From contig CAYRIY010000003.1 in assembly GCA_964424335.1 (NCBI GenBank), positions 17,727 to 81,726 of the forward strand: a stretch of 64,000 bases of DNA. The letters are read 5' to 3'. Made by a program: the position numbers and the translations under genes. Below the pieces are notes generated by a model. It saw only the letters and a list, made by a program, of their open reading frames with translations, did not search any database and had not been told where the DNA came from. This DNA is from an uncultured Clostridia bacterium (GTDB lineage Bacteria > Bacillota > Limnochordia > DTU080 > RSA5). Below are positions 57,701-64,000 of this stretch, in pieces. Numbering within the stretch: the stretch's first letter is position 1; the number at the start of each line of letters is the position of its first letter.

Positions 57701-58582
57701 GTGACACCTTTTGGAGAAGTTTTGACGGCAATGGTGACACCGATGAGGCCTGACGAATCCGTCGATCTGGAGAAAGCGAAGGAACTGGCTCGCTTCTTGG
57801 TCGACCACGGCTCAGACGGCCTCGTCGTATGCGGCACGACCGGAGAGTCGCCCACGTTGACGGCAGACGAGAAGTTGAGTTTATTTGAAGCCGTCGTCGA
57901 GGCGGTCGGCGACCGGGCCACGGTGATCGCGGGGACGGGTTCTTACAATACGCATGAGAGCGTCTCCTTGACGGCGAAGGCGTCGTCTACCGGCGTGGAC
58001 GGGGTGATGCTCGTCGTCCCATACTACAACAAGCCGCCGCAGGAGGGCCTCTATCAACATTTTCGCAAAGTCTCCGAGGCGACGGAGCTGCCGGTGATGC
58101 TCTACAATGTGCCGCCCAGGACGAGCCGCAATCTCGAGCCCGAAACCGTAGCTCGCCTTGCGGAGCTTCCAAACATCGTCGCGATCAAGGAAGCGGCGGG
58201 AGACATGGAGCAAGTGAGCCGGTTGAAAGCGCGCCTTCCCGAATCGTTCGCGATTTACAGCGGAGAGGACAGTCTCACGCTGCCGATGCTTTCGCTCGGC
58301 GCCGTGGGTGTCGTGAGCGTCGCCTCCCACGTGGTCGGTGAGACGATCAAAGAGATGATCCAAGCCTTTCGATCCGGCGACACCGATGCCGCTCGAGCTT
58401 GCCACGATCGGCTGATGCCGGTCTTTAAGGCGCTGTTTGTCACGACCAATCCGATCCCCGTCAAGTGGGCGATGAGCCTCTTTGGCCTGGACATGGGACC
58501 GTTTCGTCTGCCGCTCGTCCCTCCGACACCCGCGGAACAGGCCACCGTCAAGGAAGCCCTCCGCAATTTCGGCGTTTTGTGA
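57701..58582 (+). CDS. dapA: 4-hydroxy-tetrahydrodipicolinate synthase
   Basis: GTTGESPTL, VVPYYNKP, catalytic lysine region IVAIKEA; GTG after AAGGAGAG. Confidence 0.9.
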   Translation: MTPFGEVLTAMVTPMRPDESVDLEKAKELARFLVDHGSDGLVVCGTTGESPTLTADEKLSLFEAVVEAVGDRATVIAGTGSYNTHESVSLTAKASSTGVDGVMLVVPYYNKPPQEGLYQHFRKVSEATELPVMLYNVPPRTSRNLEPETVARLAELPNIVAIKEAAGDMEQVSRLKARLPESFAIYSGEDSLTLPMLSLGAVGVVSVASHVVGETIKEMIQAFRSGDTDAARACHDRLMPVFKALFVTTNPIPVKWAMSLFGLDMGPFRLPLVPPTPAEQATVKEALRNFGVL

Positions 58583-58706
58583 TCCGGTCTCAACGTTTAG
58601 ACGTCGACCTGGCGTGTCAAACGCGAGGCGTAAAGCGCGGCGAAGGTTTCCCCGGCGATAAGGGGGCGCCTTCGCCTGCTTCGTTTTCAGCGCATCCGAT
58701 TTTTGC

Positions 58707-58735
58707 TTGCTGCGCCCGTGAAAGAGCAGTATAAT
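58707..58735 (+). promoter_or_regulatory. sigma-A-type promoter (TTGCTG-17-TATAAT) for the RNase J gene
   Basis: Hexamers read directly; leaves a ~135-nt leader. Confidence 0.4.
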
Positions 58736-58871
58736 TGGCTTTAGTGTGTGTTTGACCGGATTTCATTTTTTGAAAGCGTTCATCGACACATTCTAAGTAT
58801 GGATCGACGCGGGGTTCCAGGACGCCGGGGCTTTTCACGCGTCGCTCCCGCGGAGGTGCTTTTCGCGCATC

Positions 58872-60539
58872 ATGTCCACAACTCAATCAGCTGTTTCGCT
58901 TCTTCCGCTCGGCGGGGTCGGTGAGATCGGCAAGAACCTCTGGGTCGTCGAGCAGAATGGCGAAATTCTCGTGCTCGACTGCGGGGTCATGTTTCCCGAT
59001 GACGAGATGCTCGGGGTGGATCTCGTGATCCCGGACGTCTCGTACTTGGTAGAACGCCGGGACAAGGTACGGGCCATCGTCCTCAGCCACGGGCACGAGG
59101 ACCACATCGGAGCTCTGCCTTACGTGCTCAGGCAACTCAACGTGCCCGTTTACGGCACGCCCTTGACGCTCGGACTCGTCGAGCCCAAATTGGAAGAGCA
59201 CGGTCTGCTCAGAGAGACCGTCCTAAAGCCGATTCATGCCGGCGAGCGGCTGCAACTTGGCAGCTTTGACCTCGAGTTCATCCACGTAAACCACTCGCTT
59301 CCTGATGTCGTCGCCATTGCTATTCGCACGGGCGTCGGCATCATCCTATACGCCACCGATTTCAAGTTTGATTACACGCCGATCGATGGCAAGGTGACCG
59401 ACTTGCAGCGCTTGGCCGAGATCGGCAAAGAGGGCGTCGCCTGTCTCCTTTCCGACAGCACCAACGCCGAGCGCCCGGGGTATACGCTGTCTGAAAAGAC
59501 GGTCGGCCAAACGTTGATCGAGGCGTTTCGTCGAGCGACGAAGCGGGTGGTCGTTGCGACATTCGCGTCCAACATCCATCGCGTTCAGGAAGTCTTCGAC
59601 GCGGCCCACATGTTTGGGCGCAGAGTCTGCGTCATCGGCAGGAGCATGATCAAAAACGTCGAGATCGCATCGAGGCTGGGATACCTGCAAATCGCGGACG
59701 GAATCCTGGTTGACGTCGACGAGCTGCAAGACCTCCCCCCTGAGCGCGTCGCCATCATCTCGACGGGAAGCCAAGGGGAGCCCATGGCGGCGCTCACCCG
59801 CATGGCATCAAACGAACACCGAAGAATTACGATCGATCCGGGCGACACGGTCGTGATCTCGGCGAGTCCGATTCCGGGAAATGAACGGTCCATCGGCCGG
59901 ACGATCAATCAACTTTTTAAGCAAGGCGCTAACGTGATCTACCACGCCGTGAGCGGCGTCCACGTCTCAGGCCACGCAAGCCAAGAGGAGCTCAAATTGA
60001 TGCTCAGCCTGGTCCGGCCGCGATTTTTCGTGCCCATTCACGGGGAGTACCGCATGCTGATCGCACACGCCCGCTTGGCCGAGGACCTCGGAATCGCCGA
60101 GGAAAACATCGTCATCCCGGAGATTGGAGACCGGATCGAAATATCGGCTGAAAAGATCCGAAAGGGCGTCCCCGTCGCCGGCGGCCAAGTCCTCGTGGAT
60201 GGGCTCGGCGTGGGCGACGTCGGCAACATCGTGCTGCGTGACCGCCAGCAGCTTTCCAAGGACGGAATCTTGATCGTCGTGATCGGCCTCGACAAACAAA
60301 AAGGCAAGGTCGTTGCGGGTCCCGACATCATCTCGCGCGGCTTTGTCTACGTTCGCGAGTCGGAGAAGTTGATCGAAGAGGCCCGTGCACTGGTGAGCGG
60401 CACGCTGAGCGAGATTGCGCTCGATCGAGTCTCGGAGTGGAATATGATCAAGACCGAGGTCCGAGACGCGCTCCAGCGGTACTTGTACGAAAAGACCAAA
60501 CGCCGACCGGTCATTTTGCCGATCGTGATGGAAGTTTAG
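58872..60539 (+). CDS. rnj: ribonuclease J
   Basis: Metallo-beta-lactamase HGHEDHIG, beta-CASP and C-terminal domains; 555 aa. Confidence 0.9.
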   Translation: MSTTQSAVSLLPLGGVGEIGKNLWVVEQNGEILVLDCGVMFPDDEMLGVDLVIPDVSYLVERRDKVRAIVLSHGHEDHIGALPYVLRQLNVPVYGTPLTLGLVEPKLEEHGLLRETVLKPIHAGERLQLGSFDLEFIHVNHSLPDVVAIAIRTGVGIILYATDFKFDYTPIDGKVTDLQRLAEIGKEGVACLLSDSTNAERPGYTLSEKTVGQTLIEAFRRATKRVVVATFASNIHRVQEVFDAAHMFGRRVCVIGRSMIKNVEIASRLGYLQIADGILVDVDELQDLPPERVAIISTGSQGEPMAALTRMASNEHRRITIDPGDTVVISASPIPGNERSIGRTINQLFKQGANVIYHAVSGVHVSGHASQEELKLMLSLVRPRFFVPIHGEYRMLIAHARLAEDLGIAEENIVIPEIGDRIEISAEKIRKGVPVAGGQVLVDGLGVGDVGNIVLRDRQQLSKDGILIVVIGLDKQKGKVVAGPDIISRGFVYVRESEKLIEEARALVSGTLSEIALDRVSEWNMIKTEVRDALQRYLYEKTKRRPVILPIVMEV

Positions 60540-60615
60540 GAATGACAGGCTCATTGGACCGGCGCAGTTAACTCATACTAAGGGGGCCCATAACCCTGAA
60601 AGGGTGAGTTAGCTG

Positions 60616-61479
60616 GTGGACACCCCTAAATCGCAGGCGCTTGCGCCCGCCAATGAGCAGCTACAGGCCGTACAGCAACTGGGTACGCCCAGCGTGCCCC
60701 CAAAGATCGACGGCGGCATTCACGTCTTGACCGTGGTGGGGCAGATCGAGGGGCACATCTTGCTCCCGCCCAAAAACAAGACGACGAAGTATGAGCACGT
60801 CATTCCTCAACTGGTCGCCGTGGAGCAAAATCCGGCGGTAAAAGGCTTACTGGTCATCTTGAACACGGTCGGCGGCGACATCGAAGCGGGCCTTGCGATT
60901 GCCGAGATGATCCGCACGCTTTCCAAGCCCAGCGTCTCGCTTGTCCTGGGCGGAGGGCATTCGATTGGGGCTCCGATCGCCGTCGCCGCCACGCGGTCAT
61001 TCATCTCGAGCACCGCGACCATGACCGTGCATCCGATCCGCCTCACCGGCCTTGTGATCGGTGTGCCTCAGACGTACGAGTATCTCGACAAAATGCAAGA
61101 CCGAGTCATCCGGTTTATTGTCGAAAACTCCCAGGTCAGTGAGGGCAAGCTAAGGGAGCTGATGTTTCGCACCGGTGAACTGATGAGGGATGTCGGAACG
61201 GTGCTGGTCGGAGCCGAAGCGGTCCGCTTGGGCTTGATCGACGCGATCGGAGGTCTTCGGGAAGCCGCGGCGGAGCTCAGGGCTTTGATACAAGGAGCGG
61301 AGCGATCCGGCGCGATGGCCCAGGCGCCAAGTCAGGCGCAGGGCAACCCGTATCTGCCCGCACCAACCTTTGGCCAACCGTACATGCCGGGCGTGCCAAA
61401 CGGGCCTGCTCCTTTCCTCCCACCAACGGGGCCGTCGCCCCAACCCTTTGTTCAGCCCCCGGGAGGCGGATTGCAGTGA
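60616..61479 (+). CDS. tepA: translocation-enhancing protein TepA (ClpP-like, YmfB)
   Basis: ClpP-fold protein lacking the canonical catalytic triad context; conserved rnj-tepA-ylzJ order; GTG start. Confidence 0.8.
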   Translation: MDTPKSQALAPANEQLQAVQQLGTPSVPPKIDGGIHVLTVVGQIEGHILLPPKNKTTKYEHVIPQLVAVEQNPAVKGLLVILNTVGGDIEAGLAIAEMIRTLSKPSVSLVLGGGHSIGAPIAVAATRSFISSTATMTVHPIRLTGLVIGVPQTYEYLDKMQDRVIRFIVENSQVSEGKLRELMFRTGELMRDVGTVLVGAEAVRLGLIDAIGGLREAAAELRALIQGAERSGAMAQAPSQAQGNPYLPAPTFGQPYMPGVPNGPAPFLPPTGPSPQPFVQPPGGGLQ

Positions 61480-61682
61480 TCCTTTACACCATCGTCGCCA
61501 CAGATCAGATTTTTGAAGAACCTGACGACCGCACGTTTGTCACGGCCCAGTTTCAAGGGATCAACGTCGTGGTCGAGCCGGTAGGGGACGGGCGGGCCCG
61601 CGTCGAGCGGGTGCTCTCCACCGATCCCGAGCACTACTTGCGAGACGACCTGCAACCAGGTGCGATGCTGCGACTCTTGTAG
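61476..61682 (+). CDS. ylzJ: YlzJ-like family protein
   Basis: 68 aa; starts by overlap with the tepA stop, as ylzJ does in Bacillus. Confidence 0.7.
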   Translation: MILYTIVATDQIFEEPDDRTFVTAQFQGINVVVEPVGDGRARVERVLSTDPEHYLRDDLQPGAMLRLL

Positions 61683-61685
61683 CGT

Positions 61686-62408
61686 CTAGCCGATGGGCGG
61701 AGGAAAGGGGCCCCAGACGATGGGGCCTTTTTTCTTAGCGGGAGCATCGGGCTGGCTCTGTGGCTGGGGCGAGACCCTAGAGGACACGCGCTCTTCATTG
61801 ACGTTCTCTTGGCCTTTGTCCGCTTGGTCTATGGTTGACGGGTCGGTGTGGTTAATTGAGCCGTAGAGATCGTGGTACTCCTCGGGAGTGGGCTTCCGTG
61901 TCGCGACGGGTTCGTCGATGCCGACTTCCTTTTCCGGCGAAGAACCGGTGCGAACTTGTGAAATCCGGGTCTCGCCCTTGGCCCAGTCCGATGGCCGCTC
62001 TTGCTCGTCGGATTGCTTATTTGTCCCAGGAGACCTGCGGTCCGAAACGGTAAGTTCGACCGTGATTTGATGCTGGAATTCGCCTGTGATCGGATCGTAT
62101 GTGTGATCTGAGCGGAGTTCACCCAAGGCGACGTCCGCGTGTTGGACCGGAATCGATCCGACGCCGATTCGGCTCGAAAACGGGATGTAAAATCCTTGCC
62201 CGGCGACGTCACGACCGCGAGTGTTGCGGCAGTATACATACGCGCGCACGCCGCCCTTGACCAAGATCCGGTTGGGTCCGTCGAGATCGCACTTGAGCGG
62301 ATCGGCTTCGAGCCGTACATCGAGGACCTCCGCGACGTTTTCGAGGCGACCGCCGCCATGTAGCACGATCGTTGCCCTCTCGATCGGGCGGCTCTCTTCT
62401 ATGCCCAT
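61686..62408 (-). CDS. hypothetical protein with a structured N-terminal domain and a P/Q/E-rich disordered C-terminal tail
   Basis: 240-aa minus-strand ORF with its own intergenic region; no family assigned; its 3' end runs through the terminator hairpin. Confidence 0.5.
   Translation of the reverse strand: MGIEESRPIERATIVLHGGGRLENVAEVLDVRLEADPLKCDLDGPNRILVKGGVRAYVYCRNTRGRDVAGQGFYIPFSSRIGVGSIPVQHADVALGELRSDHTYDPITGEFQHQITVELTVSDRRSPGTNKQSDEQERPSDWAKGETRISQVRTGSSPEKEVGIDEPVATRKPTPEEYHDLYGSINHTDPSTIDQADKGQENVNEERVSSRVSPQPQSQPDAPAKKKGPIVWGPFPPPIG
61705..61735. terminator. bidirectional rho-independent terminator
   Basis: AAGGGGCCCCA-GACGA-TGGGGCC followed by TTTTTTCTT on the + strand; overlaps the last codons of the minus-strand ORF. 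Confidence 0.7.
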
Positions 62409-62579
62409 GGACGTTCTACGCTCCTTGTGAAAAAACGATTGGCTGCCGTCCCCACTTATCGAGCGCTCTCCTAGAGTTACATCTATTCAACCGCGCCAGA
62501 AACTAACATCGTTTTTGGACGGATCGTGCCCTATCATGGGGATATGTCGGCACAACACTTGAAAAAGGAGTGCGTGCAC

Positions 62580-63137
62580 ATGACTCGAGCCTTCAATGGC
62601 GTTGCAGCCATTGCATTCGCGGTCCTCTTATTCGGGAGCGCGGTCGAGATGGCCGTTGCTGCTTCCATCGGGGGATCGGAATTTGAGATCACACAGATCG
62701 TCTCCGCCGACGAGGGCATCCAGGTCGACGTGGCGGACGACGACGCCGAGTGGAGCCTTTACCGCAAGCTCAATGAGGAGCGGATCCGCGAGGGCAGGGA
62801 GCCGTTGACACGAAGCGCCGAGCTCGATCGATTGGCCCGGCAAAAGGCGTGGGACATGGTCCATCATCGCTACTTCGACCACGTGTCCCCGACCTTGGGC
62901 ACCATATTTGACATGCTTCACTCGAGCGGCATCGCGTACAAGTGGGCTGGGGAGAACATCGCTCGGGTTTCATCCGTAGAGGTGGCTCACGAAGCCTTCA
63001 TGGAGAGCCCCGATCATCGCGCCAACATCTTGAGCGCAGGCTACACCGAGGTGGGCGTCGGCGTCGTCCGTGCAGGCGGCAAGCTGTATGTCTGTCAGGT
63101 TTTCATGATGCCGCGGGCGGCGATGACTTCCTCGTAA
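62580..63137 (+). CDS. CAP-domain (SCP/PR1-like, YkwD-type) secreted protein
   Basis: Signal peptide plus CAP motifs (HHRYFDH, GENIA, SPDHRANIL, YTEVGVGV); ATG after AAAAAGGAG. Confidence 0.8.
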   Translation: MTRAFNGVAAIAFAVLLFGSAVEMAVAASIGGSEFEITQIVSADEGIQVDVADDDAEWSLYRKLNEERIREGREPLTRSAELDRLARQKAWDMVHHRYFDHVSPTLGTIFDMLHSSGIAYKWAGENIARVSSVEVAHEAFMESPDHRANILSAGYTEVGVGVVRAGGKLYVCQVFMMPRAAMTSS

Positions 63138-64000
63138 ACGCGGAGCGTCAGCGCTGCCTGCTTGCGGACATCCCAGTGACGAGCGGCGCATTCGATGCCG
63201 AATCGCTGGAGCTCTGCAAGGCGTCGCCGATCTGAGATCAGCGAGTAGACGGTTTGCGCGATCGCGGATTGGGATGGGCGAAGTCGGCTTGCCCGACCGC
63301 TGAAGTTGTGAAAGCGCAATCGGTCAAAACGCTCGGGCGTGACGAGCCCGTCCCAAAAGACGCCTAGGACGCAAGCTGCCGCGCCACAAGCCATAGCTTC
63401 TCGTACGCCGCGGCCGGTCGTGAAGACGATGTCCATTCGTTGTAACACCCTCGCGGGGTCGTCTGTTGGCTCGGGCGTACCGTGGGGCGCCCAATCGGAG
63501 ACGTACCGGATCTCGATGTCCGAGCGGGCGCCGATCGCTTTGTGAAGCGCCTCGAGGCCCAGCCTCTTCGCCGGGCCTACCCGTCCTAAATACGCGGCCG
63601 AGAGTGGCCCCGCGTCAACCCGTCTTGGGGAGTTATGGGCCTTCGCGGGAGCAAACCGGGCGAGGTCGATTCCATTTTCGATCACCACGACACGTTCGCC
63701 CAAATGAAGCAATGGGCGCGCCGTCTCGTCGCTCACTGCGATGACTTTGTCGATCATTCCCAAAGATGAGGGGAGGCGCTGGTCGGGGCCGTGGAGCGTA
63801 ACGACGAGACTTAGACCTAGCGTGCCGGCGTTGCGGATGCCCCATTCGGCCGCGCCGCATGAGTGGGCGTGGAACACGTCGACCTTCGTACCGGCGACGA
63901 ACGCATTTAGGTCATGCCGCTCGAGCTGTGCCACGCGAACGCCAAGAGCCTTGGCGCCGTCAAACGTTCCCGAGCGACGGATCTCGTTGAATGCGACGGT
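63095..64000 (-). CDS. GT4 (group 1) glycosyltransferase, N-terminal end beyond window edge
   Basis: GT-B C-terminal domain with EX7E-type motif (GVREAMACGAAACVLG); reading frame stays open to position 64000. Confidence 0.7.
   Translation of the reverse strand, partial: TVAFNEIRRSGTFDGAKALGVRVAQLERHDLNAFVAGTKVDVFHAHSCGAAEWGIRNAGTLGLSLVVTLHGPDQRLPSSLGMIDKVIAVSDETARPLLHLGERVVVIENGIDLARFAPAKAHNSPRRVDAGPLSAAYLGRVGPAKRLGLEALHKAIGARSDIEIRYVSDWAPHGTPEPTDDPARVLQRMDIVFTTGRGVREAMACGAAACVLGVFWDGLVTPERFDRLRFHNFSGRASRLRPSQSAIAQTVYSLISDRRRLAELQRFGIECAARHWDVRKQAALTLRVYEEVIAARGIMKT

Overview
This 64-kb window is a high-GC (~65%) endospore-former chromosome segment with Bacillus-like core synteny. Almost every gene is on the + strand. 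Gene order, + strand unless marked (-): aspS (3' end), rarA, cymR-like Rrf2 regulator, cysteine desulfurase, mnmA, PRC-barrel protein, AI-2E transporter, alaS, ireB/yrzL, ruvX, DUF1292, intact pro-sigK, yqeG, yqeH, aroC-aroK-aroB-aroQ, pepP-like M24 peptidase, efp, acidic zinc-ribbon protein, spoIIIAA-AH, accB, accC, Asp23/AmaP/DUF2273 trio, nusB, xseA, xseB, ispA, ~860-nt ORF-free gap, dxs, tlyA, nadK, argR, recN, spoIVB, spo0A, steA-like, steB/MctB-like, GT2, MraY/WecA-family transferase, DinG-like helicase, two NodB polysaccharide deacetylases, GH18 hydrolase (-), M16 peptidase, dut, ylmC/ymxH, YflT-like stress protein, lysine riboswitch, dapB-dpaA-dpaB-asd-dapA, RNase J, tepA, ylzJ, a hypothetical (-), a CAP-domain protein, and a partial GT4 (-). 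No rRNA, tRNA, CRISPR or mobile element was recognised. Most notable non-coding and operon-level observations: (1) the ~860-nt ORF-free ispA-dxs gap is the characteristic locus of OLE RNA, here without an adjacent oapA; (2) two ungapped ~82%-identical 123-nt elements, each ending in the SD of the downstream gene (accC and a PdaA-like deacetylase), which match no riboswitch class I recognise and are the best candidate for a new cis-regulatory RNA; (3) a translationally coupled steA-steB-GT2-MraY/WecA-like operon (an actinobacterial-type cell-separation pair joined to glycosyl-transfer enzymes) just downstream of spo0A; (4) an L-box lysine riboswitch with terminator ahead of a fused dapB-dpaA-dpaB-asd-dapA operon that also has a sigma-K-like promoter before dpaA; (5) a perfect 24-bp hairpin between spoIIIAH and accB. 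All calls are from sequence reading and recall of protein-family motifs; no database search was run.
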